From assembly GCA_965603825.1 (NCBI GenBank), contig CBFDEM010000011.1, forward strand, positions 310,001 through 374,000: DNA of 64,000 nt, given 5' to 3'. The number at the start of each line of letters is the position of its first letter. Position 1 is the stretch's first letter. The translations under genes were made by a program, and so were the position numbers. Positions 23,594-34,853 of this stretch are shown piece by piece. The notes below the pieces were generated by a model, which searched no databases, was not told the DNA's origin, and saw nothing but the letters and a program-made list of their open reading frames with translations. Source of the stretch: Blepharisma stoltei ATCC 30299. Its lineage: Eukaryota; Protista; Ciliophora.

Positions 23594-24782
23594 AATGTAC
23601 ATAAATGTTATTTTGAATTTATTTTCTTGATATTTATTAGAATTTAGAGCCTATTAACTATTGGTTTCTTTATTACCATTTCTTTTAATATATAAAATAT
23701 TAAATATACACATAGTCTTCTATACTTCTTGTTGCTCTATATATTTAAGCTAGCGAAATCTATTCTTTCCAACAATAATTTTTAATTTTCTGTGCTGTAA
23801 ATATTTTATATATTTTATATAACATGAATAAAATTTCGCAAAATAATCCATTCTAATTAAAATTCTTATATCGAAATTAGCTCAAAATGCTGGAGATTTA
23901 AATGTTGTTGCAGCAAAAATTAATCAAGGTAAAATAATTTTTTAGTCATTAGAATAAATAAGGCACTCTACCTAAAATAAAAATGTAAAAATATTTTATG
24001 ATTAAGAATAGACGTTTATATTATTCGCTTTTTCAAGATATATTACTAATAAAACTAAGAAATATGGCAGTTTCTCAACACTAGCAATATTTGGTGATAA
24101 TTGAGACAGTTTGATTCGATTACACAGGATAATTTTAGAGTTGATTCTTCAATATAAAGAAGACTTATCTGTATGATTTATTATCTTTCTTTGAATCCTA
24201 AACAAATTCACAATTGGTCATTAAAGGGCACATCTTAAAGCCGACTCTGTGAGAGTAATAAATAATTCTTTGAGAGTCTCAGATCAGAGATATTTCTTCC
24301 TGGTGATGCAACACTCCAATTGGCTGTCCAGAAAAGATCCTTGCTAGGCTAGAGACATTTGCCTATAATGATTGGTACTCACAAAGTCCGTTAGAGCTAA
24401 CAATGCCTCTTTTTTTTCAAGCTTAGAAAGCATGACTTCAAGTTTGACTTAGAGTAATCATATCCTCAAACAATTTGAAGGTTGCTAGATCTAACCTTCC
24501 TTTGCTTTTATTAATAAGAATCTTAAAATGAAAAATAATAGTTTTTTTTTAAGATTCTTATACTATATATTATCTCATCTTTAAATCGATTATCATCTTT
24601 TGTTAAAAATAGACGATTTAAAGCATATTTTTTCTAAGTTTAATCTGTTGTTGATTGCTTTAATTTACATAATAAATTGATTTAGCCACTCCTTTATGCT
24701 AGCTCGCCAACACATTATCCAATTTCTGTTATTAATTCTTTGCACAGAAAAAAGGATGTTGCACTGGTTTATTTATAAAAAA

Positions 24783-25049
24783 ATGGGTTCTTGTATCAAT
24801 ATTCAAAAAAAACCATCAGTAGCTATGAACTCGAAAATGTCAATCTCTTTATATGGGACAGTTTTGCCAGCATCAGTAGCCTATAGCCCAGATAAGATTA
24901 ATCTTCAAAGTTCTTCTGATATAAAAGAACTTCGCCGGGAGCTTTGGACAAATAAAGCTAAAGCAGCACCACAATTATATATGTCAAAAAGTAGCTTATA
25001 TATGAGAAGAGCCAAGAGCAAGAATCCTATGAAACCTTTATCATTATAA
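24783..25049 (+). CDS. Small basic protein (88 aa) with MGSC N-terminus, unknown function
   Basis: ATG after AAAA context, MGSCINIQKK acylation-type start, TAA stop. Confidence 0.6.
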   Translation: MGSCINIQKKPSVAMNSKMSISLYGTVLPASVAYSPDKINLQSSSDIKELRRELWTNKAKAAPQLYMSKSSLYMRRAKSKNPMKPLSL

Positions 25050-25669
25050 TATACTATCCAAATTATATAAACATTTAAGGAAGTTTTTGATTATGCCTAA
25101 TTATTCAATGACTTGATTTTAAATAATAAGTTTCGAGTAAGTTTGAATATTTAAAATTAATTTGTGTTATTATTTATCAAATAAATCTAACTTAAATATA
25201 AAAAATAATTTAAATTTTAATTTCAATGTGATTTTTTTATATTCTGATAAAAAGTCTTATTGTGATAAATAAATTAAAAAATTGAAAATGATTAAAAATA
25301 ACTCTGAATCAAGAAAAAATAGAATAGCTAGCAGCTTTATAAAGCTAAATTTGTCTTAAAACCAGGTTTTGGGTTTATTTTATAATATATTGAAATATAT
25401 CGCACGAATATGAAATTGAATTCCTAGCTAAGGAAACCTATATATTCGTGCATTTTGGCTCATTAGAATCTTAATCCTTGAAAGCTGCTTATAATCAGCG
25501 AGAGTTTTGATAAATCTTTAAATCTTAAAATACCAATAATTTTCATTGGTAAATTTTGATTGCAGATTATATCAAAAAATAAGCAATTAATTTTATTTAC
25601 GAAGTTTTATTTCATCATAACTCAATCTAAATGAGAAAAGAGCTTATTTTAACATACTCCATTATAATA

Positions 25670-26305
25670 ATGAAAGAGTTGTATATGGTAATAAGTAAGC
25701 TTATCACTTCAAGCCACATCGATTATCAAGAAGATTTAAAGCATTTTGAATCGCTGCGAATAACAGATAGGAGAGAAAACTCTCAAACTGAGTCTGGCTT
25801 AAAAATTAGTTTACCATTACTAGGATTTGATGGCCCAGAAACTCCAACCTCAGTAAAGAAAATCGACATAGATGCTTTGCTGCAATCGAAAGAGCTAGTA
25901 ATTAAGCAAATAGATCAAAACATAGAAGGCAGAAAAATAGTAATTCGCACAATTCCGAAAAAAAGGGCTGAAGATCAAACTGAGGTTTTTCCGAAAAAGA
26001 GAGCAAAAGAACAACAGCTAAGATTTCCTATAAATGAGATCGAAGATAAGATTTGTGTTAATTGCAACAGATGAAGTAAGAGGAATGTTTATCTAAGTGA
26101 AAATAGTAAAGATACTGCTAAAAAGGGATGTGAAAATATAAACCCATCGCAAAATTCCCAAAATCAAAATGGCTCGGCTGGATTTTCACATAACTACTCT
26201 GAAGCCAAAAGCACAAAAATCGCAAGAATATGCCCATATTGTTTCAAGGACATGAATTCTTTTCAGCATACTGCTCCAAAAAGTGTTTTTGATTTTTCAT
26301 ATTAT
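25670..26305 (+). CDS. Hypothetical protein with split CxxC...CxxC zinc-ribbon pair; one TGA=Trp
   Basis: ICVNCNR(W)...ICPYCF; frame open to TAA 26303-26305. Confidence 0.65.
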
Positions 26306-26401
26306 AAACCCTTATAAAAAATCTATTGCTATTAAGCTTAAAATTTATGTGAAATAATGAAATAATTATAAGTTAAGCAAATTTACTATTAGATTATTGA
26401 T

Positions 26402-27379
26402 TTACTTAGTTCTTATCGCAAGAAAAAGGATAAAAGTCAGCGCAGCTCCAGCATTCCAATATCTATTTGCTATAATATCTTTCGCAACCGTTTTCTCTTC
26501 ATAATTCTTTTTCTCGCCACTTTGATATTTCAACGTATACCAAAATTTCTCAGGACGCTTCAAAACATTAAAATAAATTTTAGGAGGAAAATATTCCTCT
26601 TTGCACTCCGAAGGCGGCTGTAAAAAATAGCTGTAAACTAGAGTATAATTTATGTTGCCATCTTCTGTGCTTTTCATTGAAATAACTTTATCCATCCTTT
26701 TCAGGAACCCTAACAAATTTTCGTATTTTGATAATGAATCTTTGACATTAAAATGATCTCCAATATGATTTAATTCTTCCATTAAATATGCATAAACCAC
26801 AATATCTGTGCTTCTTGGAAACTCTCTTCTTCCAGGCTTACTGAAAAAGAAGGGTTTTTCACCTAATTTTTGACTTAATAGCTCATGGGCTTTTTCAGCT
26901 TGATAGTAACAGTCTCTTCTATTCGTAATATTGTGCTGCCTCAGCAGATATTCTCTGATATGCCTTTTTTCACTAATAAAGCTTAGTTTTTCAAAAGGCA
27001 GCTTCAACAATCTCCAAAAGAAATTGCCCCTGGAATAGAAAAAGTTTTTAGAAGTATCCTCTTCCATCCATTTAGCATAAGTTGTAGCAGGATGAAGCTT
27101 ACTGATGCATTGCTCTTCAATTAAGTCAGATTCCAACCTCTCTTCTTCGGAAAAATCAAAATTGCAGTCAAAAGCGATTTTCAGGAACGGGAGAATATGG
27201 TCATTTGTGAAAAAAGACTTGTTGAATCTTAGAATGGGGAGGTCGCCTAAGCCATTCCAATAATAATCTGAGTGCAGTTCTTGGAAGTTTTCGAGTTCAT
27301 AAAGAGAGTGCCATAGTTTGGCTATTTGAGTCACTGGATCGTAAGTGTTTCCATAAGTATATAGCACGATATCTTCCAT
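26402..27379 (-). CDS. Metaxin/Sam37-like GST-fold protein with C-terminal transmembrane anchor
   Basis: GDLPILR, LSQKLGEKPFFF..PRSTDIVVYAYL, YENLLGFLKRM, hydrophobic C-term. Confidence 0.7.
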   Translation of the reverse strand: MEDIVLYTYGNTYDPVTQIAKLWHSLYELENFQELHSDYYWNGLGDLPILRFNKSFFTNDHILPFLKIAFDCNFDFSEEERLESDLIEEQCISKLHPATTYAKWMEEDTSKNFFYSRGNFFWRLLKLPFEKLSFISEKRHIREYLLRQHNITNRRDCYYQAEKAHELLSQKLGEKPFFFSKPGRREFPRSTDIVVYAYLMEELNHIGDHFNVKDSLSKYENLLGFLKRMDKVISMKSTEDGNINYTLVYSYFLQPPSECKEEYFPPKIYFNVLKRPEKFWYTLKYQSGEKKNYEEKTVAKDIIANRYWNAGAALTFILFLAIRTK

Positions 27380-27483
27380 TATAATTGGACTGAAAAACGA
27401 ATTAAAATTATTATGGTGCAAAAACAAGTATTTTAATAAGTATCCAAATGTAATTTTATTAAAAATATGAGTCAGATTTTTAA

Positions 27484-29154
27484 TTAAGAAGTCCCTGTCC
27501 CCTCAGTTGCTGTGCTTGTTTCATCTGCCGTATCACTACTAGAATCGGTCTCATCACTACTAGTATCGGTTTCATCACTACTAGAATCAGCCGTATCAGC
27601 ACTGGCATTCTCATCACTACTAGAATCGGCTTCATCACTACTAGAATCAGTCGTATCAGCACTGGCATTTTCAGTATCTCCACTACTACCCTCATACCCT
27701 TGTACCTTCTCATTTAACTCCACCACATCAGCTTCTACATCATTAATTTGTTCAGTCAAGCTACTATCCACATCTTCAATCTCATCACTAATACTATCTT
27801 CAGCTTTACTGATACTGCTCTTCATTTGGTCAGTCCCATAATTAACCTCTCCGCTAATTGACTCAGAAATTTTATCTCCTGACTCTTCTGCAAGCTCTTG
27901 TTCATACTCTCGGGAATCTTCAACTTCTTTATCATAAAGTGAATCAACGGAGTCTCCAAGACCTTCGTTGTTACTTTCAACATAAATATCTGTACTGTCA
28001 GCCCTGCCATCTGAAGAGGTATCCAAAATGCTGTCTTTTTGAAGCTCTAAATCATCAATTTGGCTCTGGACTTGTGACTGATAGTCTCTAAGGACGCTTA
28101 TTTCAGCTCTTATAGCTTGGGATTCCTTTGCATCTGACGAGCTTTCTTTTGCTTTTCTTGGCGATTTATCATCTTCGCTTGGACATTTATTTTTATAGTC
28201 AGATTCAGAATGATAAAAAAACGTAGATTTACAGTCACCATAATCCTGGGCTGAAGAACTTTCTAAGCAGTATTGTCCATATTCACACCAGCCACAAGCA
28301 GAGTTTTCTATACATGTTTTACAGTTGTCGTAATCCATACAGTCTTTAGTTATGCATTGATTATAGTCCCAAGAATAGCACTCGTTTTCATAAGGGCCGT
28401 CTTCATCTCCAGCTACACATTTCAGCTCAGATTGACACCATACACAGTTAGAATTAGAGGTACAGCTTGAACATGCTGCGAATTCAGTACAAATGGCAAG
28501 ATAAACGGTTAGCTCAGCTTCTAAATTGTCAAGTTCGTAATTTACTTGATCTAAATCATTATGCAGGTCTGTGATTTGTGCGTCAATCATTGTAGAAGAT
28601 GATGTGGCAGAAAAATCGATAGCTGTGTTAGTTTGATAAGTGATATCACTCATAGAGTTATCAAGATCTCCTGAAAGGTCAGAAATGCTTTGATCTACAG
28701 TTTCAACCCCATCTGCTAGGACTTCTAGAGAAGATTCTGTGTTTTCTGTTTCACTATCAGCTGTCTCATCTACTTCAGTCTCATCCTCAGTTGATCCACT
28801 TTCATTTTCCTCTTCAACTGTCTCATTTTCTTCTTCAATTTCATCAGTTTCCGCTTCACCTTGGACATCTCCAGAGTCTTCCTCAGCGCCTTCTTCAGTT
28901 CCTTCTTCAGTATTTTCTTCCTCTTCTTTTTCATTTTGGGTATCTGTAGTGCTAGTATCAGATGCCTCGCTAGTATCATCATTGTTTACTTCAGTCAAAG
29001 TAAGATCATAATTGGAATCAGTCTGTTCTGTTTCTGTTTCCTCTTCTGAATCCTGTCGCAATTCAAGAAAATATTGAGACTTCGATAAAGAGTAGCTATA
29101 AGAAATAGAGACGCTGAGATAAAAGATAAATAAAGCTAAATGGTATTTATTCAT
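27484..29154 (-). CDS. Secreted highly acidic protein with two PSI-like Cys repeats, coiled coils and DSS-repeat tail
   Basis: N-terminal signal peptide; CSSCTSNSNCVWC and CKTCIENSACGWC; E/D-rich tracts. Confidence 0.8.
   Translation of the reverse strand: MNKYHLALFIFYLSVSISYSYSLSKSQYFLELRQDSEEETETEQTDSNYDLTLTEVNNDDTSEASDTSTTDTQNEKEEEENTEEGTEEGAEEDSGDVQGEAETDEIEEENETVEEENESGSTEDETEVDETADSETENTESSLEVLADGVETVDQSISDLSGDLDNSMSDITYQTNTAIDFSATSSSTMIDAQITDLHNDLDQVNYELDNLEAELTVYLAICTEFAACSSCTSNSNCVWCQSELKCVAGDEDGPYENECYSWDYNQCITKDCMDYDNCKTCIENSACGWCEYGQYCLESSSAQDYGDCKSTFFYHSESDYKNKCPSEDDKSPRKAKESSSDAKESQAIRAEISVLRDYQSQVQSQIDDLELQKDSILDTSSDGRADSTDIYVESNNEGLGDSVDSLYDKEVEDSREYEQELAEESGDKISESISGEVNYGTDQMKSSISKAEDSISDEIEDVDSSLTEQINDVEADVVELNEKVQGYEGSSGDTENASADTTDSSSDEADSSSDENASADTADSSSDETDTSSDETDSSSDTADETSTATEGTGTS
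27525..27690. repeat. Coding tandem repeat (~21-nt units within a ~60-nt higher-order duplication)
   Basis: tcatcactactagaatcgg-like units; 27550-27609 nearly identical to 27610-27669; encodes DSSSDE repeats. Confidence 0.85.
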
Positions 29155-29644
29155 TATCCGTTTTGCAACAAAATTGAATCTTAAAAGAAATTTATAAAGT
29201 CCTAAGAATTTAGAGATGATTTTAAGTTTGGATAGAAATAATGATGATTGATAGAGAATAGTATATAAATTTTATTGGTGTGGAAGAATTTATTGCGGAG
29301 TTTGGGTTAGGCTAATTATTTCTTAAAACATTAAAAGGGTAATATCATGGTTCATAATAAGGCTAATTGTTAAGAAGAAAAAGAAAAGTCAAGCTTGATA
29401 CGCTAGCTTGGTATGGAAGATAAATATTTTTAAAACCTGATCAATTTTAGGATATGGAATTAAATTAAAGTAAGCATAATTTTATCTTTAAGTCTTTTTA
29501 ATCATTAAGAAGAATGCGAGACTATAAATTAATTATGAAAAAATGGTTATTAACTCAAATAATTTGTATTTGGTCAGATTATCTGTTCAATCAATGTAGC
29601 ATAACAACTTAATTATTATCATTATTAATTTTATTATCATTAAG

Positions 29645-31180
29645 ATGGGCTGCTGCATTACAACTACTCATAAAAGTTCTCAATTAGCCAAACTAAATCA
29701 AAGCGAAAAAGACTCATCAGAAGTGGTCGTAAAAACATCAGTAAACACCTCTATGCCAAAATCGCAAGAGTCAAAAGATGTCCCTTCATTTCAATCCTCA
29801 ACAAACAAAATCAAAAAAAGAGAACTTACTGATGTTTACAATATCAAAAAATGTATCGGTCAAGGGAGCTTTGGAATAGTGAGGAAAGGCCAACATAAAA
29901 ATGATCCCAATCTGATTGTTGCAATTAAAAGTATTGATAAATTTAAAATCAAGTCAAATTTGCATTTATTGAAAAGGGAAGTCTCTATTTTGCAAAGCAT
30001 TGATCATCCAAACATTATAAAGTTTTATGAAACTTTTGATGATGGAAAATACCTTCACATTGTCATGGAATTTTGCTCTGGAGGAGAGCTTTTTGAAAAA
30101 ATCATGGAAAAAGGCAAAATAAATGAGAAAAAGGCAGCCTGCTATATGGAAAAAATATTACTAGCAGTCAACCATCTCCACCAAGTAGGCGTCTGCCATA
30201 GAGACCTGAAACCTGAAAACTTTTTATTTGAAAATGATTCTCCTAATGCTGAGCTAAAAATCATTGATTTTGGTTTATCAAATAAATTTGGGGACAAATT
30301 CAAGCACACAACCAAAATGGAAACTTTTGTTGGAACTCCTTACTATGTAGCCCCAGAAGTTATTAAAGGAGAATATGGTCCGAAATGTGACTTATGAAGT
30401 GTAGGTGTTATCATGTATGTCATGCTCACAGGCCATCATCCTTTTAAAGGAGAAACTCCTACACAAATTTTCCAAAACGTCGTCAGAGGAGAGCTGAATA
30501 TGGAAAGCCCAGTATGGGAAACTATTAGTGAGCCTGCAAAAGATTTATTGAGAAAACTAATTGTAACAGACCCTAATCAAAGATTGTGTGCAGATGATGC
30601 ACTGCGTCATCACTGGTTTAGTGATGCTCCCAAGGCAAAAATAGAATTAGACCCTAACATTATTTGTGCATTGAGACATTATAAGCCAAAATCTCAAATG
30701 CAAAGGGCAGCACTTGGGATTATAGTAAAGTATTTATCACTTGACCAGATTAAGGATTTAAGGCAAGCTTTTTATGATATTGATTTAGATCAAAAAGGGG
30801 AGCTGAATATTGATGAAATTGAACAAGCTCTAAATAAATGTGGAATAGAACTGCCAAAAACGCAGCTTTTTGAGATTTTTAAAAACCTTGACTATAATGG
30901 GACTGGAAGTGTTAAATACTCAGAGTTTTTGGCTGCAACAATTTCTTCAAGAATCCAGCTTGATGAGCATACACTTTGGATGGCTTTTAAAGTGTTCGAT
31001 AAAGATGACCAAGGATTTATAACCCCTGCAAATGTTTATGATGTTCTTACGAATATGGGGAAAAACGTCAGCCGTATTCAAGTTAAAAATATTATTAAGG
31101 AAGTAGACTTGGACCATACCGAAAAAATCACTTTTGAGGATTTCAAGAAACTTCTATCTGATGGGAAGATTAATTGCTAA
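29645..31180 (+). CDS. CDPK: Calcium-dependent protein kinase (kinase + 4 EF-hands), MGCC N-terminus; TGA=Trp in DLWS
   Basis: GQGSFG, HRDLKPEN, DFG, APE, CDL(W)SVGVI; EF-hands follow in frame. Confidence 0.95.
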
Positions 31181-31298
31181 TCTCTTTTATACAATAAACA
31201 ACCCAAATTTTCCCTAAATATATCTGCTTAATAGATTTTCCTGCAAATTATAACTTAAAAGTATTAAAATATTTATTATCTATCACTAAACCTCCAAA

Positions 31299-31691
31299 TT
31301 AACATTTTTTGGCCTTGCTTGATTTTATTTTTGATAAAGTTGTCTGCAATTCTTGAATTAATTCGTCTTTTTCTTCAATATCGTCCTCTGTTTTTGATAG
31401 AATAGCTTCAAGCTCTATCACTCTGAGCCTAAGAGCTTCATTTTGGTCAAGGACCTCTTTTAAGGCTGTCTGCAAAACTTTTGAATATTCATCTTGACCA
31501 CTACACAATTTGCATGTCTGAGTGGCAGAGAGTGGCGCGAGAGAACTTTTTATAGGGGAATGGTCGATAATTTCTGGGCCGTTATCTTGAGATTCTGATG
31601 AGCCTTCTGATGCCCTTACTTTTTTGTTGGTAATTTTGGCAAAGGCTGGTCTGGATGCATTGGGAAATCTTCTAACATCGTGATTCGACAT
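31299..31691 (-). CDS. Small coiled-coil protein, unknown function
   Basis: 130-aa ATG-TAA ORF with heptad C-terminus. Confidence 0.65.
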   Translation of the reverse strand: MSNHDVRRFPNASRPAFAKITNKKVRASEGSSESQDNGPEIIDHSPIKSSLAPLSATQTCKLCSGQDEYSKVLQTALKEVLDQNEALRLRVIELEAILSKTEDDIEEKDELIQELQTTLSKIKSSKAKKC

Positions 31692-32367
31692 TTTTGCGGG
31701 TTTTTATAACTAGAGCTAGGGACCTAGAATTACTTAATATACTTCTCCTATGCTGATAGGTGACGAGGAAAATGGTTATCGGTCTCAAAAATCTGAGAGT
31801 TAGTTAGAATATCGGCATAGAATTAGGAGATTCTATTAAAAATAAAATTTTTTGTTCACTAAAGGACGAGCTAATATTTAGGAAAATTAAATCCTATTTA
31901 ATTATATGAAGAGTTTTCAATATGAAAAAGGAGGATTTTAAATTTTAGTAAGTATTCAAATTAAGTTTTAATTGTTGATATGAATATTATTAATATTTAT
32001 GGTGACACAGCTGATTGGCTACCATTATAGTAATCTCTTCGTTTTTTATATAATTCACTTAACAGACAATCAAGCACTCAATATCTTTTTGAGAGCTATT
32101 TAAATTTTTTAAACATGCATGCCCAATCTAAATCAGCATGAAATTTTATTATCAGCTAATTTAAGTAACTACTTACCAGATAACGAGCACAAATAGAATT
32201 CATTTATGATCCAAAATCGATTCAAGATATAAAGCATACCAACTAGCCGGATTATTGAAATATATTTAAATTTATATAATAATAAATCTTCTAAACTCAA
32301 TCCTTATTTATTTTTACTATCTATTCCTTCATTATAAATTCTCAATCTCATTAATTATGTAATTTAA

Positions 32368-33387
32368 ATGCAAAGATATGAATATTATGAAATCTCATCT
32401 CCAGGACTGAGATCTACAAGCTCAAATCCATTTAAAAATGATACAGTAGCTTTAATTTCACTTCAAAAAGAGAACCAAGAGCTGAGAAAAAGACTAAAAG
32501 ATCTAAATATTAAGTTAACAGATGCAATAACACAAAAGGAAAGCAAAAAAAGGAGGCCGTCACCAACGAAGGTTGCTGAAGATGGCCACCAAAAAGCTGA
32601 GAGCAAGCTTGAATCTTATATGTAACTTTTATTTAGAAACGAAAAGCGTCTGTTGCATCAACGAATCGATAAGCTCTCAGACCCGAATTACGAATGCAGC
32701 CTAAAAGACAAAATCCAAAGACTTCAAAATGTTCTCATTAGTAAGCAAAATGCTCATAAATTATTAAATGCAACCCTAAGTATAAAAGAAACAGCGGCTC
32801 GAGGTAATGAAGAAGCAAGCCCTTCTGATTATGCAAATTATTTAGCTGCGATATCACTTTATACTCAAAGGATTAAGAAATTGGATGAAACTGAACGACT
32901 GAATATGCAAGGCTTGCAAGAATGGTCACAGAAATACCAAGAATTGAATCAAAATTATTTGGAGCTAAAAAATATTGTCGGCGATGCTGAAATTAGCATG
33001 AAAAGAGAACAAGATCTCAAAGAAAGAATCAAAGAACGAGAATGGCAGCTAAAAGTAAAGGAAAAAGAGTTCAATGCTAATTTCAGAGATTTAAATCAGA
33101 GGATTAAAGAATTAGAGCTTGAGTCTAGTGAAATACAAAGAGAAGAAAATTTCACTAAATTAGAAATCGCAAGAAAATCTGAGGCTTTAGACGATATTAA
33201 TAAAGAATTCAAAAGAAATAGAATTGGAGGTCTATCTCCAATTGTGTCGAAAAAGGGGAGGTTGAACGGTAACATATCTTTTATTACAAACCATGAGTAT
33301 AGTCCTCGAATTGGGACTGACTCCTCTTTTATCTATAATCTAAGCAAGCCGAACCCTTATTATTCAAAAACGCCATTGCCATTCTAG
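32368..33387 (+). CDS. Coiled-coil protein; 15-nt intron 32622-32636
   Basis: Removing gtaacttttatttag joins ORFs 32368..32625 and 32653..33387 in frame (ESYI-NEKRLL). Confidence 0.8.
32622..32636 (+). other. 15-nt spliceosomal intron
   Basis: gtaacttttatttag; removes in-frame TAA. Confidence 0.85.
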
Positions 33388-33499
33388 TCTATTAACACAC
33401 ATACAAGCAAGTTTTGAGGTTTTTAGCATAATTTCTAATTAATTGAATTTAAATTAACCTGATTTTACCATTATAATTAAATTCGAAAAGCCTTAATAG

Positions 33500-34342
33500 T
33501 TATACCATTTTGTTCTGATTTTTCATTTCATAGACTTTTATAGCGAAAACAAGATCTGCGATCTTTTTCTCTTTATTTGCAAGCAAAACACTATTTTCTT
33601 CGTCAAGAGCACGCTTCTTGCTTTGAAGATCTATTATGTTTTTACATAAGCCTGCTTTAAGTGATTGGTATCCTTCAGGCTCTAAATCCAAGTTATTATA
33701 TCATTTTTGGACACTGTTTTCTATATCTTTTGCATAGTTTCGGATTATTAATTTCTTTATAGACATCGCGTCATCTGCTAGCTCTTCAAATCTCCCATTG
33801 ATTTCAGTTTTAGCTTCCTTTGAGATTCTTGAAAAAATATCATAATCAGTTCTTTCTTGAGGAGGAGGAGGAGGCTTATTTTCCAATAAAGGTTCTTCTT
33901 CTAGTGCTTTTTTCAGTCTTTTGTTCTTATCTTTTGCCTCTTTTAGCTTTTTTCCCATCTGTTGAAGCTCTTTTTCTATTGAGCCCATAAATTTCTGGGT
34001 TTTCTTTTCATAGATTTCTTTTATATTTCGTAATTGTGGGTCAACATTTATTTTTTCTTTTTCTTTAGTTATAGTTTTTTTGATTAAATCCAGTGTTTTT
34101 GCTTCTTTTTCACTGCTAGATTTTGGCTCTGAAGCTGTTTTAGCTTTCAAAATTTCATCAGCTAGTTTTTGTAATCCTTTTGATGAAACTTGACTTTTGT
34201 TTAACCGGCTAGTAACAGTATTTTTAATTGGCTTTTTGACTTCTTTGGATATAAGAGATGGGACTCTTGTTGGAGATAAGGGGCCTTGTGCTGATTTTTT
34301 AAATTGAGAGGTTTTGATTAAAGAAGCTGATTTTTGAGCCAT
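33500..34342 (-). CDS. Basic coiled-coil protein; one TGA=Trp
   Basis: ORFs 33701..34366 and 33500..33691 join through TGA; ATG at 34342. Confidence 0.72.
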
Positions 34343-34853
34343 GTGATTATTATTTTGATTAATCAAAAATATAAAGATATCTTGAGAAAAATAATAATAA
34401 AAAATTTTCTTTTGTTATCTTGATCAGCATTTTATCATTTTCATTATACTTTTTAATCAAATTGAAGAGAATAAAGAAAAATTTAATTATTTTAGAATTA
34501 CAAAGAAGTCGTAGAATAATATACTCTTCTTAAAAGAATTCGACATTGTGAAAACTTGAAGCTCTTTAAGAACGCACTACTGGCTTGCTGGTTACTTACA
34601 AAATCAGAAAAATGACCTTGAGAATCGCCCTTATAGGCGATTTTTTAATAAAATGTGATCTATCTAGGCCTTTTTCTGGAATTACCTGGGTATCGGTTGA
34701 GCCTAACCTGGCTCAACAGCCTCTGTGTGACTCAGAATTAATATGATTTTATGCACTATTTCAAAATATTTTTAAAGGATAAGGGTGGCTTTATGCCGAA
34801 AAAATATGAATTTACTCACTTATGGATGTGGTAATTAGCAAAATTAGTCAAGT

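Noticed and set aside
27525-27690. Short direct repeats resembling a CRISPR array or minisatellite element
   Set aside because: No unique spacers; units are multiples of 3 and encode the DSS tail of a eukaryotic protein.
30652-30659. CCCTAACA heterotrich telomere-repeat unit
   Set aside because: Single copy inside the CDPK coding sequence; no array.
34660-34760. Assignment of the hairpin island as U1 or U5 snRNA
   Set aside because: Only short partial matches; U1 loop I, the exact U5 loop GCCUUUUAC and a properly placed Sm site are missing.
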